Source: an uncultured Planctomycetales bacterium (GTDB lineage: Bacteria > Omnitrophota > Gorgyraeia > Zapsychrales > JBDRMG01). Taken from it: a stretch of 64,000 bases of DNA. The stretch spans positions 213,196-277,195 of the forward strand of contig CAYZIY010000001.1 in NCBI GenBank assembly GCA_964478715.1, given 5' to 3'. How positions within the stretch are numbered: position 1 is the first letter of the stretch; each line of letters opens with the position of its first letter. Below the pieces are notes generated by a model, which worked only from the letters and a program-made list of their open reading frames with translations, made no database searches and had not been told where the DNA came from. Position numbers and translations under genes: made by a program. Shown here piece after piece: positions 48,139 through 57,077 of this stretch.

Positions 48139-49653
48139 ATGAAAAGAGTTTTCTCAATCTTAACGGTTATCTTCTTGTTTTCATCCGTTGCCTGTGGTGA
48201 AACTTTCATCAAAAGACCGAATGTCAGCGGGCGTTTTTATGACAGCCACCCGGCCCAGCTTTCTCAAAAGATCGATATCTATTTTCAGCAGGCGGATATT
48301 AAGCCATGGGAAAAGAATATCCAAATCTTAATGGCGCCTCATGCTGGTTATGCGTTCTCCGGGCCAGTTGCCGCCTATGCCTACAAGGCTGCTTCGAGGC
48401 AGCGGCCCAAAACGATTATTATCTTGGCATCTACTCATTTTCACCGTTTTCAGGGAGTTTCTATCTGGCCCAAAGGACAATTCGAGACGCCTTTAGGCGC
48501 TTTGCCTGTTGATGAGGAGATGACCCAGCAGCTGATCAATTATGACCAGCAGTTTCGGTTTTATCGCAAAGCGTTCGATCAAGAGCATTCCCTGGAAGTC
48601 CAGCTGCCATTTTGCCAAAAGACATTCTCAGATTTTAAGATCGTTCCTTTAATAATGGGGCAGCCAGATTTTGAGATCAGTCAGAAATTGGCTGAAGCTC
48701 TCAATGCCGTGATCGCTCAGCGGAATGATGTTTTGATTGTCATAAGCACGGACATGTCTCATTATAAGCCGGATCAAAAAGCCCGAATAATTGATAGAAA
48801 AACCACGGAGGCTCTAGAAAATTTTAAAATTGAAAAACTGTGGCGGGGATGCCAAAACCGGACAATGGAATTATGCGGGTATTCTTCGGTTGTGACCGGA
48901 CTTCTTTATGCGCGCTTAAGAGGTTTCGGTGGAATTCAAGTGCTGCATTACGGGAATTCGGCGGATGCTTCTGGTGATCAAAGCCGGGTTGTCGGATATA
49001 TGGCGGCTGTCATTTACGAAAAGGAAGATAGAAACTCAAAGCCAAAGAAAGGACAGGCTATCCAAATGAATCCGGACAAAAGAAATGACAGGACGGCCCC
49101 GTTGACTTTAAAACAGAAAACAAAATTGATTGAAGTGGCCAGAGACGCGATCGAGACATTCGTCCTCAGCCAGAAAAAGATTGATCTTAATAATAATGAT
49201 CCGAGGCTGCAGGAAGAAGAAGGCGCTTTTGTCACCATCCACAAAAATGGCCGGTTGCGTGGGTGTATCGGAAATATTATCGGACGCAGACCGTTGATTC
49301 AAACTGTCCGCGATATGGCGATTGCCGCGGCCGTTGATGATCCGCGCTTCCCGCCTTTAAAAAAAGAAGAATGGCAAGATATCGATGTAGAAATTTCTGT
49401 TTTATCCAAGCCGTGGCGCATGCAAGATCCAGACGAATTTCGGGCTGGAGTTCACGGAGCTATTATCCGACGGGGATTCAATCAAGGCGTCTTTCTGCCG
49501 CAGGTGGCTACGGAATTCAGCTGGGGCCGCGACGAATTTCTTTCCCATCTGTGCGCTCACAAGGCGGGTCTGCCGTCTGATGCGTGGAAGGACCCCCGCA
49601 CAGAAGTCCAGTTATTTACAGCCGAGGTTTTTAGCGAGAAGGACATCAAATAA
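48139..49653 (+). CDS. amrB: AmmeMemoRadiSam protein B (MEMO) - protein A (AMMECR1) fusion with N-terminal signal peptide
   Basis: PHAGY, EHSLEVQLPF, STDMSHY; GAFVT..LRGCIG, DPRF, FLPQV, KAG. Confidence 0.92.
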   Translation: MKRVFSILTVIFLFSSVACGETFIKRPNVSGRFYDSHPAQLSQKIDIYFQQADIKPWEKNIQILMAPHAGYAFSGPVAAYAYKAASRQRPKTIIILASTHFHRFQGVSIWPKGQFETPLGALPVDEEMTQQLINYDQQFRFYRKAFDQEHSLEVQLPFCQKTFSDFKIVPLIMGQPDFEISQKLAEALNAVIAQRNDVLIVISTDMSHYKPDQKARIIDRKTTEALENFKIEKLWRGCQNRTMELCGYSSVVTGLLYARLRGFGGIQVLHYGNSADASGDQSRVVGYMAAVIYEKEDRNSKPKKGQAIQMNPDKRNDRTAPLTLKQKTKLIEVARDAIETFVLSQKKIDLNNNDPRLQEEEGAFVTIHKNGRLRGCIGNIIGRRPLIQTVRDMAIAAAVDDPRFPPLKKEEWQDIDVEISVLSKPWRMQDPDEFRAGVHGAIIRRGFNQGVFLPQVATEFSWGRDEFLSHLCAHKAGLPSDAWKDPRTEVQLFTAEVFSEKDIK

Positions 49654-49746
49654 AAAGAGTGTGCGAAATCATTGATTTTGCTCTCTTTTTGAATTAAAAT
49701 ACATCTGCGATAAAGGCTCAAGAGATCAATAACAAAGGAGAACCAT

Positions 49747-50151
49747 ATGGCTGCTCAAAAGAGAAGTTTTTTTAGAGTCACAGAATTCCAGAAACCATTT
49801 TTAAATCTCGTCATAGGATTGGCTGTTATTACGCTAACCATGATGGTTGTTTGCATCGGATTTCTCCTTTATGATGTATCCACTTTTATTGTGGATCCGC
49901 AAAGCACGGTTAACACCATGAAGGCCATGGTGTATTTACTTTTAATTCTCCTTCCATTGATTTTGATGGGAGGCATCTTTTGGGCCTATTACATTACCAG
50001 TAAGGTGATTGGTCCCTTTGAGCGGTTGATCCGAGAGCTTGATGAAATTCTGGAAACAGGAAAGAAAAAGCATCTGCAGACTCGACAGGGTGACCGGCTG
50101 GCCAAGGAGATGCTCAAGCGTATTAATGCCTTGATCGATCGCATGTCATGA
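49747..50151 (+). CDS. Small 2-TM protein with HAMP-like tail
   Basis: GPFERL...RQGD...IN; AAGGAG SD. Confidence 0.7.
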   Translation: MAAQKRSFFRVTEFQKPFLNLVIGLAVITLTMMVVCIGFLLYDVSTFIVDPQSTVNTMKAMVYLLLILLPLILMGGIFWAYYITSKVIGPFERLIRELDEILETGKKKHLQTRQGDRLAKEMLKRINALIDRMS

Positions 50152-50504
50152 AGTTGCCTTTCAGCGGTCTTTTTTTCTTTCTGTTGATCTCCGGAGTTGT
50201 ATTTGCCCATCCCCCAGATGCGATCCATTTATCCTATCAAGAGGATACTCAGATTCTCAAGATTGTGGTCGATCATAACGCCCGTAATATCAGAGATCAT
50301 TTTATCCGACGAATTGTTGTTCTACACAATAAACAGGAAATAAGAGATGAGATTTTTCCAACTCAGAGTGATCATCAGACGCAGATAATGGATGTTTCTC
50401 TCAAGGCAGAGAATGGCGACCGTATTCGGGTAAAAGCCTATTGTTCGCAGGCGGGATACAAAGAGAAGACTCTCGATATAGTCTTAGAAGAAGATGATAA
50501 ATAG
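50148..50504 (+). CDS. Secreted superoxide-reductase-fold-like hypothetical protein
   Basis: Signal peptide, A|HPP, H..DHFI, AYCSQAG. Confidence 0.55.
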   Translation: MKLPFSGLFFFLLISGVVFAHPPDAIHLSYQEDTQILKIVVDHNARNIRDHFIRRIVVLHNKQEIRDEIFPTQSDHQTQIMDVSLKAENGDRIRVKAYCSQAGYKEKTLDIVLEEDDK

Positions 50505-50520
50505 ATAAGATGGCAGGATA

Positions 50521-50570
50521 AAAAATCCCGCCCTTTTAGACAGAAGTCCAAAAGGGCGGGATTTATTTTT
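50521..50570. terminator. Bidirectional intrinsic terminator
   Basis: AAATCCCGCCCTTTT...AAAAGGGCGGGATTT between convergent genes. Confidence 0.85.
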
Positions 50571-50586
50571 AGATGCTGTGGCTGTC

Positions 50587-51483
50587 TTATCTCAGTAGTG
50601 TTTTCACTCTAGTATCCGTAGCCGGATCTTCCGGAGGCGGTGGCGGAGGAAGAACCGGATCTGATGGCTCCTGAGGTGCGCTCAATTCAAAGTGAGCATA
50701 ACCTCCGCTGGTTTCCTCTTCAATACATTCCGGGGCTGGACCTTTGCTGCTTAAATATTCAGAAAGATAAGTCAGGTCTTCGATGTTGATGGCTCCATCT
50801 GCATTGACATCGCCCGTACCTTCGGCCAAAGCCGCTCCTGAGCGGAACATGAAATTCGCCAAATGAACAGCATCTTGTTGATTCACGGCGGCATCATTAT
50901 TGATATCGGCACAAGAATAATACACTCTTATTTCCGGATCACAGATTGGCGCAGGACCGCTGCCGCTGATAAATTGGCTTAAAAAGACCACATCGCTGAT
51001 ATTTCTGGCGCCGTCTCCGTTCATATCACAATCCTCATCAGGGATTGTGCCATCATTTAAGATAGCATCGGCATCAGCATAATTGATTTTATTATCTTTA
51101 TTGACATCCGCGCAAGGCGCCTGGCGATAACTGGGGCAAAGCGGTGCCGGTCCGCCCTGAAGAAGATAATCATTCAGATAATTTAAATCCACAACATTAA
51201 CAATACCATCTAAATTCATATCGGCTGCATGTTCAAGCGGAGGAGGCGACCCCTGGTGAAACATATATTGAATCAAATAGGGCAGGTCCATCAAATGGAC
51301 CATTCCGTTTCCATCCACATCACCGCAGACAAAATTGCTGGGAAGGGAAGGATAGACCGGTGTTTCGTCTCCGGCATTATCCGTTGCTCCGCTAAAATCC
51401 CAGCTGCCATCAGCTGCATAAGCCAATGACTGTGCACCAACAAACAATACGCAAATAACTAAACCTGTGATTAATTTTTTCAT
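50587..51483 (-). CDS. Secreted protein made of three dockerin type I-like domains
   Basis: Signal peptide; six DxN/DxDG..N..D Ca loops in three Cys-bracketed pairs; Pro-rich tail. Confidence 0.85.
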   Translation of the reverse strand: MKKLITGLVICVLFVGAQSLAYAADGSWDFSGATDNAGDETPVYPSLPSNFVCGDVDGNGMVHLMDLPYLIQYMFHQGSPPPLEHAADMNLDGIVNVVDLNYLNDYLLQGGPAPLCPSYRQAPCADVNKDNKINYADADAILNDGTIPDEDCDMNGDGARNISDVVFLSQFISGSGPAPICDPEIRVYYSCADINNDAAVNQQDAVHLANFMFRSGAALAEGTGDVNADGAINIEDLTYLSEYLSSKGPAPECIEEETSGGYAHFELSAPQEPSDPVLPPPPPPEDPATDTRVKTLLR

Positions 51484-51521
51484 TTTTATTCCCTCCTCTG
51501 AAAATTTCTTTTGCTGCCCAA

Positions 51522-51555
51522 TAAAAAAACCTGCATCCTTTTCTGAATACAGGTT
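51522..51555 (-). terminator. Riboswitch-associated intrinsic terminator
   Basis: AACCTGTATTC-AGAAAA-GGATGCAGGTT-TTTTT. Confidence 0.8.
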
Positions 51556-51573
51556 CGTCTGGTCATATACCGT

Positions 51574-51692
51574 CTTGATTCGGCAGCCAGGCTATCCTGT
51601 TTAAGGACCCTTAACTTTGCGCCCCCGCCTTCCGGCGCACACAAAATGTGTGTCAACTGATAATGCAGTTGAGGTTTACCTTTATCGTCAAG
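51574..51692 (-). ncRNA. Cyclic-di-GMP-I riboswitch aptamer 2 (G20; 35-nt insertion in P2)
   Basis: CGATAAAGGTAAACC...CGCC-GGAA-GGCGGG-GGCGCAAAGTTAAGGGTCCT...AGGATAGCCTGGCTGCCG. Confidence 0.85.
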
Positions 51693-51695
51693 CGT

Positions 51696-51800
51696 TCTTA
51701 ATTCGGTAGCTAGGCTGCCCTATATCCTTATAAGCCTCTACCATAGGGCCCTGTGGCTTTGCGAGATCATCTTGCGATGATTGTGCTTTTGTCGTTAAGA
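51696..51800 (-). ncRNA. GEMM-I riboswitch aptamer 1 (A20, candidate 3',3'-cGAMP sensor)
   Basis: CGACAAAAGCACAATCATC-GCAA-GATGATCTCGCAAAGCCACAGGGCCCTAT...ATAGGGCAGCCTAGCTACCG; P1 TCTTAACG/CGAATTAAGA. Confidence 0.85.
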
Positions 51801-52072
51801 GACGTGAATACGGATTTTAAAGAACGATTGCTTCTAAACATAAGCATAAAACATAATCGAGGTCTATGCCAAAGATATTTTGAGAAAGTTGTGTTTTTTT
51901 GAAAACGTTTTCTTTAATTTTCTTACTTGCTGTAAATAAATAAGTTATAATAACAAGATTTTATCATGCCAAGAAAAAAACATGGACGTTTTTATGAAGC
52001 AGAAGTAAAATACAAACGTAAAATGAAGCCTGTTAAACATACAACGGTGTTATTCAACAGAAAACGGAACCG

Positions 52073-53968
52073 ATGATGAGAATAATAAAATTGTTGTTAC
52101 TATTAATCATAATATTAATACTTATTGTTGGAATCGTCGGATTTATTTTTATTAAGACATTTGACGCGAATCAATATCGCGATCAAATTGCCCAATGGAT
52201 GACGACATCGATTGGGCGACCGGTTTCCTTGGAATCACTGGAGCTGGCCGTTGCCATTCGGGAGGGACTTTCCCTTTATATTAAAGGAATCCAAATGGAT
52301 CAAGACCCACAAACAGCTACTGGAAATATGGTTTCTATCGAGAAGATCAGAATGAATATTCTTCTTGAACCTTTTCTTTTCAAAAGAGAAATTCATGTTT
52401 CAGCCATTGAGGCTGTTTCTCCTCATATTCGTCTTATTCGTTTAGCCGATCAGAAGCGCAAGAGCGCGGCTTTGGCCCAACCCGTCTCGCAAGAGAGCAC
52501 TGACTTAGCCGAAGAGGATCGGAAAAGAGTTGAGGGAGGTTCGAGAGCCGAATCGGGTCAATCCGCTTTTCCATTATTGGGTGTAGCAGTAAAGAATTTT
52601 CGGATTACAGACGGTCTTATTTCTTATGAAGATAAGACGCAAGAGGCATTTACCGCATTAAAGATCAGTAATATCGATGTGAAGATACAGGATTTTCAGC
52701 TTCAGGAATGGACCGATTTTGTCCTGAAAGCCGCGTTTTTGAGCTCCCGACAGAATATCGACTTAAAAGGATCTTTGCGGTTTGATTTAGAGCAGCTGCG
52801 TTTGCAATTTGAAGAAACCCATCTTCAAATCGACTTGGGTTTTGTTTCGATCGATCAATTGCAAGAAACCTTTCCTGCTCTTAGCGCTTGTCGGATCAAA
52901 GACAATTGGGCAGGTGATCTGAGTATCTCGATAGTGGATAGCCAAATGACGTTAAAAGGACTTAGCATCCTGGATGCCAGAGGATCTTTGTCAAAGGGAT
53001 TTCTCAACTGTGCGGTTATGCCTTTTGCTTTAGAGAATATTTCAGCGAATTTTCTGGCGGATCAGAAAGATTTTAAGCTGAAGAATTTCCAGGCGATCAC
53101 ACTCGCCCAGCAACAAGAATCGGGGGAGATCGCGGCCAGCGGAACGATCAATGATTATTTAAAGGATCAAGTATTCCGTTTGGATCTGGATCTTAAGAAA
53201 TTGAATTGTGCCAATCTCATCCCTCAGTCAAAAAGCGAGGTTAAGGTCGAAGGGTTCTTAAGCGGGAATTATCAACTCTCCGGAGAGGGTCTTTCTTCAG
53301 AGACAATATTCAATCTGCTCAAAGGGCAAGGGACATTTAGCCTGGAATCAGGAAAGCTGAAAAATATCAATGTCTTAAAAGAGGTCTTTCAAAAGATGTC
53401 AGTTATTCCCGGCCTGGCCGAAGATTTGGAGCAGAACTTAAGCGAAACATACAAAGAGAAACTTAAAGCCACAGATACAATCATTAAGGAGAATCAATTT
53501 ATTACCTCAGTCCAGGGGCGGAATCTGAATATTGAAGAATTTCGTGTCTCTACCGATTCCTTTGAACTTCGAGGGGAGGGGGCATTAGATCTAGAAAGGC
53601 AAATTAAATTGAGGGCGGCTTTGCAAATTCTTCCGGAATTATCGACAGCGATGGTTCAGACTGTTGAAGAGCTTGATTTCATCAGGGAATCAAACGGAAG
53701 AATTACTTTTCCTGTTGTTATTCAGGGACAAATTCCGCAGTTGAGTTATCGTCCGGATGTGGAATATCTGGGTCAGAATATATTTAAAAATCGAGGGAAA
53801 CAGGAGCTTAAAAAACTTCTTGGTGATGTTTTAGGGACAGATAAAGAAAAACAACAGAAGCAGGCGGATTCCCAAGATGATCAAAGTGATCCTGATCGGC
53901 TAACGCAACCGGAGTCATCAGCTGAGGAAAAACTCGTGGATGATTTACTGGACATGATTTTTAATTAG
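52073..53968 (+). CDS. AsmA family protein
   Basis: N-terminal anchor, FDANQYR..IGRPV, beta-rich body, FPVVIQG. Confidence 0.8.
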   Translation: MMRIIKLLLLLIIILILIVGIVGFIFIKTFDANQYRDQIAQWMTTSIGRPVSLESLELAVAIREGLSLYIKGIQMDQDPQTATGNMVSIEKIRMNILLEPFLFKREIHVSAIEAVSPHIRLIRLADQKRKSAALAQPVSQESTDLAEEDRKRVEGGSRAESGQSAFPLLGVAVKNFRITDGLISYEDKTQEAFTALKISNIDVKIQDFQLQEWTDFVLKAAFLSSRQNIDLKGSLRFDLEQLRLQFEETHLQIDLGFVSIDQLQETFPALSACRIKDNWAGDLSISIVDSQMTLKGLSILDARGSLSKGFLNCAVMPFALENISANFLADQKDFKLKNFQAITLAQQQESGEIAASGTINDYLKDQVFRLDLDLKKLNCANLIPQSKSEVKVEGFLSGNYQLSGEGLSSETIFNLLKGQGTFSLESGKLKNINVLKEVFQKMSVIPGLAEDLEQNLSETYKEKLKATDTIIKENQFITSVQGRNLNIEEFRVSTDSFELRGEGALDLERQIKLRAALQILPELSTAMVQTVEELDFIRESNGRITFPVVIQGQIPQLSYRPDVEYLGQNIFKNRGKQELKKLLGDVLGTDKEKQQKQADSQDDQSDPDRLTQPESSAEEKLVDDLLDMIFN

Positions 53969-53978
53969 GGATCGATAA

Positions 53979-54479
53979 ATGGCTTTTGTTTATCAGGGAA
54001 AATTTCTTAACATCCACAGAGAAAAACACGTTTTACCCAATAAACGCAAAGCGGTCATAGAAAAGGTCGTTCATCCCGGGGCCGTTGCTATTGTCGCTTT
54101 CCTAAGCCGCAATCATATTGTTCTATTGAAGCAATATCGTCCGGTGATCGGTCGTTTTATCCTCGAAATTCCTGCCGGGACGCTCAAAAGAAATGAACGG
54201 CTGCTGACATGCGCTCGGCGCGAGCTAAAGGAAGAAACAGGCTATACGGCCCGGCAGTGGCACCGGCTCGCGAGTCTTTATCCGGTGCCCGGTTATTCGA
54301 CCGAAAGAATCATCTTATATCAGGCCCGCCAGTTGACGCAGAGAGAAATCTGCCGCGAACCGGATGAAGTCATGAAGGTCAAAATTTATAATCGCAGTGA
54401 AATACGAAAATTATTTGTCGCTAAGAAAATCCAAGATACTAAGACCTTAAGCGCTCTGGCTTTGTGCGGATGGATTTAA
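53979..54479 (+). CDS. NUDIX hydrolase (ADP-ribose pyrophosphatase-like)
   Basis: HPGAV, QYR, EIPAG..RELKEETG. Confidence 0.9.
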   Translation: MAFVYQGKFLNIHREKHVLPNKRKAVIEKVVHPGAVAIVAFLSRNHIVLLKQYRPVIGRFILEIPAGTLKRNERLLTCARRELKEETGYTARQWHRLASLYPVPGYSTERIILYQARQLTQREICREPDEVMKVKIYNRSEIRKLFVAKKIQDTKTLSALALCGWI

Positions 54480-54489
54480 AGGGAGTATA

Positions 54490-55293
54490 ATGTCAAAAAC
54501 AAAAACGTATACGAGAAAGCGCAATCTTTTTGATCCGGCCTCAAAGACGCCGTTTCGATTAAGCCGCTCTAAACTTGAAAATTTTATCCAATGTCCAAGA
54601 TGCTTTTATCTAGACCGTCGTCTGGGTGTGGCGCAACCCTCGCTGCCGGCTTTTACTCTCAATTCGGCGGTGGATGCCCTTTTAAAAGTCGAGTTTGATT
54701 CTTACCGCTTGCAGCAGAAACCCCATCCTTTTATGACACAATCGGGATTATCCTTAATTCCCTATGCTCATCCGGAACTCGAAAGCTGGCGACATAATTT
54801 TAAAGGAATCCGCCATCATCATCAAGCGTCTAATTTTATGCTTTTCGGTGCTATTGATGATATTTGGGTTGATCAAAAGGGCCAATTGTTCATCGTTGAT
54901 TATAAAGCGACCAGTACGAATGCTGAAATCACGCTTGACAGTGAATATCGCCAGGCCTACAAGCGTCAAATGGAGATTTACCAGTGGCTCTTTCGCCAGA
55001 ATAGATTTTCTGTTTCTTCCACCGGTTATTTTGTTTATTGCAATGCCGTTAAAGATTATGGTTATTTTGATAAAAAATTGAATTTCAAATTGCATTTAAT
55101 TGAGTATCGAGGGCATGACCATTGGGTGGAGCAAAGTCTTCTTGATGCCCGCGAGTGTTTGTCCGATGATCAGCTTCCTTCTTACGGGGAAGATTGTGAA
55201 TATTGCCGATATCGACGGGGAGCCGATCAATTTGAAGCACAAAAGAATTCTGAAACATCATCCGGAAATGAAAAGCAGGGAGAGTTATTTTAG
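54490..55293 (+). CDS. PD-(D/E)XK nuclease family protein (RecB/AddB-like)
   Basis: CPRCFY, GAIDD, VDYKAT, QMEIY, CEYC. Confidence 0.85.
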   Translation: MSKTKTYTRKRNLFDPASKTPFRLSRSKLENFIQCPRCFYLDRRLGVAQPSLPAFTLNSAVDALLKVEFDSYRLQQKPHPFMTQSGLSLIPYAHPELESWRHNFKGIRHHHQASNFMLFGAIDDIWVDQKGQLFIVDYKATSTNAEITLDSEYRQAYKRQMEIYQWLFRQNRFSVSSTGYFVYCNAVKDYGYFDKKLNFKLHLIEYRGHDHWVEQSLLDARECLSDDQLPSYGEDCEYCRYRRGADQFEAQKNSETSSGNEKQGELF

Positions 55294-55328
55294 GTTCTTA
55301 AGATCAAGAGGTGCTGTCTGAGAAAAAC

Positions 55329-55357
55329 TTGTTTTTTGCTGCATTTCAGTGTAGACT
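55329..55357 (+). promoter_or_regulatory. Sigma70-like promoter
   Basis: TTGTTT-17-TAGACT. Confidence 0.4.
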
Positions 55358-55383
55358 AAGGACAGTGTAGAAAACACAAGGAG

Positions 55384-55421
55384 AAAACAAACAGCCACGG
55401 AGGAGAGGCTGTTTGTTTTTT
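55384..55421 (+). terminator. Terminator hairpin with GGA-rich loop
   Basis: AAAACAAACAGCC-ACGGAGGAGA-GGCTGTTTGTTTT-TT. Confidence 0.75.
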
Positions 55422-55438
55422 AAGAGAGGATAAGGATT

Positions 55439-56491
55439 ATGAGCTGGTTTCGATTAAAAATGCCTTCGGTTTATCAGGTGGAGGCGCGCGGTAGCTTTCG
55501 GATCAATGAGCGCTTTCCGTTGATTTGGCATCTAAAAGACAGTTCCGTTGGCTCAACGGCGCTCGTGCGCAACTTAAGCGCCACCGGGATGATGCTTGAG
55601 GCGGATATTCAAAGCCCTCCTCCGGTGGACAGTGTTTTATCTTTCGAAATCAAAGGCGATCATCCCTTGGGCGTGATTCCGCCTTTGGGCCGAATTGTTT
55701 GGAGTAAACCAAAATCCTGTATTTCTTCCCGCTCTTTGTACGGCATTGAATTCATCGAGCCGGTCCAGGACATTTTGTTGCGTCTGCGTGAATTTATTCA
55801 GCAGAAAATTATCCGAATGGAGAATGCAGAAAGGGTAAAAGCAAGGATAGGCATCGTTCTTTTTATTATCTTGACTGCAGTTTTGGCTTTCTGTTTGTTT
55901 CAGCAAAATGCTATTCACCGCAATTATGAAAAATCCTATCATCTAATGACAGCTAGTTCCCAGGCCCAGGCATCGACATATGGCGAATTACGCATGCAAT
56001 ATCAGAATCAGAGGGAAGTTCTTAAGGTAATTTCGATCGATTTAAGCAAATCTCAGGCTCTCTTAGAAGAAACCGAAGTCATGTTGACCTCTGTTCGAAA
56101 GGAAAGCGAGGCCGCTTTGGGCCGGCTCAACAGCGAAATTAATAATTTACATCAAAAGAATTCGGCTTTATCCGATCAGTTGGAAGAAGCGCAAGGTCAA
56201 CTGGCTGTGTATGAGGTTAACCCCGACAATTTGGATGAAGCTAAGGCCATTCTTTCTTTTCATCAAGCAATGATTGCCAAGATAAAAAGAAAGATCAATA
56301 ATCTAAGACAGCAGGCTCGCATGGCTTATGTGAAGGTCCAGAAAAAGAGAGACGAATACGCTTTAGCCATGGGAAATAATGGTTTTATTATCAAAAACGG
56401 AAAGCCTGTTCCCCCATATCAGTCTGAATATTACTCCCGCATGAAGCGGTCTTCCCCTGAGATCGAAATCGACGTAACGCTGGTGGAATAA
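55439..56491 (+). CDS. PilZ domain - TM - coiled-coil protein
   Basis: RGSFR and NLSATG PilZ motifs, GRIVW, YGIEF; TM helix; long coiled coil. Confidence 0.8.
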   Translation: MSWFRLKMPSVYQVEARGSFRINERFPLIWHLKDSSVGSTALVRNLSATGMMLEADIQSPPPVDSVLSFEIKGDHPLGVIPPLGRIVWSKPKSCISSRSLYGIEFIEPVQDILLRLREFIQQKIIRMENAERVKARIGIVLFIILTAVLAFCLFQQNAIHRNYEKSYHLMTASSQAQASTYGELRMQYQNQREVLKVISIDLSKSQALLEETEVMLTSVRKESEAALGRLNSEINNLHQKNSALSDQLEEAQGQLAVYEVNPDNLDEAKAILSFHQAMIAKIKRKINNLRQQARMAYVKVQKKRDEYALAMGNNGFIIKNGKPVPPYQSEYYSRMKRSSPEIEIDVTLVE

Positions 56492-56570
56492 AAATCCAAA
56501 AAATTGTCGGTTTGGATAATTTAGGCAATATTTTCTTGTTTGCCCGATGAGTCCTTTGTAAAATGAGAAG

Positions 56571-57077
56571 ATGAAAAACTATTGGATTATTCTTCTTTTA
56601 ATCTTTATTCTGGTTTCCTGCCAGCATCCACCCCCAAAGACATCGTTCATGGGCGAAAAACCTTCAACCTTCGATCAGCTCACCGGTATTATTATTACCC
56701 AGCTTGAGGATTTTCGCCGTCAACATGGTTATTATGCCCCTCAAGAAGGCATTTTGCGCTTTCGGGCTATTGGATTGAATGCCAAAGAATGGGAAGATGT
56801 GGCCTATGAGGGAATTATTTATGATCCGCGCGGAAGTCAGATACGGCTTTTTCCGGCTAAAGGATACACCATTTTTATTAAAGATAAAAACGATCGCATG
56901 AGGATTGTCTCCCACAATCTATGGTGGAATATTATTTATGATCTCAAAAGCCAGGCGTGGTATTTGGAGCGTATTCATCCCGATGATAGGCTCAAAATTG
57001 AAACGTTAACTATAAAAAAAGATACGTCTTATCGGTCTGAGGATTATCTGGAACAATTGAGTAATGAGTCCAAATAA
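56571..57077 (+). CDS. Hypothetical lipoprotein
   Basis: Lipobox LVSC; leaderless-type promoter TTGTTT-17-TAAAAT with ATG after 6 nt. Confidence 0.7.
   Translation: MKNYWIILLLIFILVSCQHPPPKTSFMGEKPSTFDQLTGIIITQLEDFRRQHGYYAPQEGILRFRAIGLNAKEWEDVAYEGIIYDPRGSQIRLFPAKGYTIFIKDKNDRMRIVSHNLWWNIIYDLKSQAWYLERIHPDDRLKIETLTIKKDTSYRSEDYLEQLSNESK

Noticed and set aside
51850-51975. Sigma54 promoters from TTGGCAT motifs on the minus strand
   Set aside because: The required GC at -12 is absent (GA and TC instead)
54490-55293. Cas4 / CRISPR adaptation gene
   Set aside because: No cas genes or array in the window; housekeeping context
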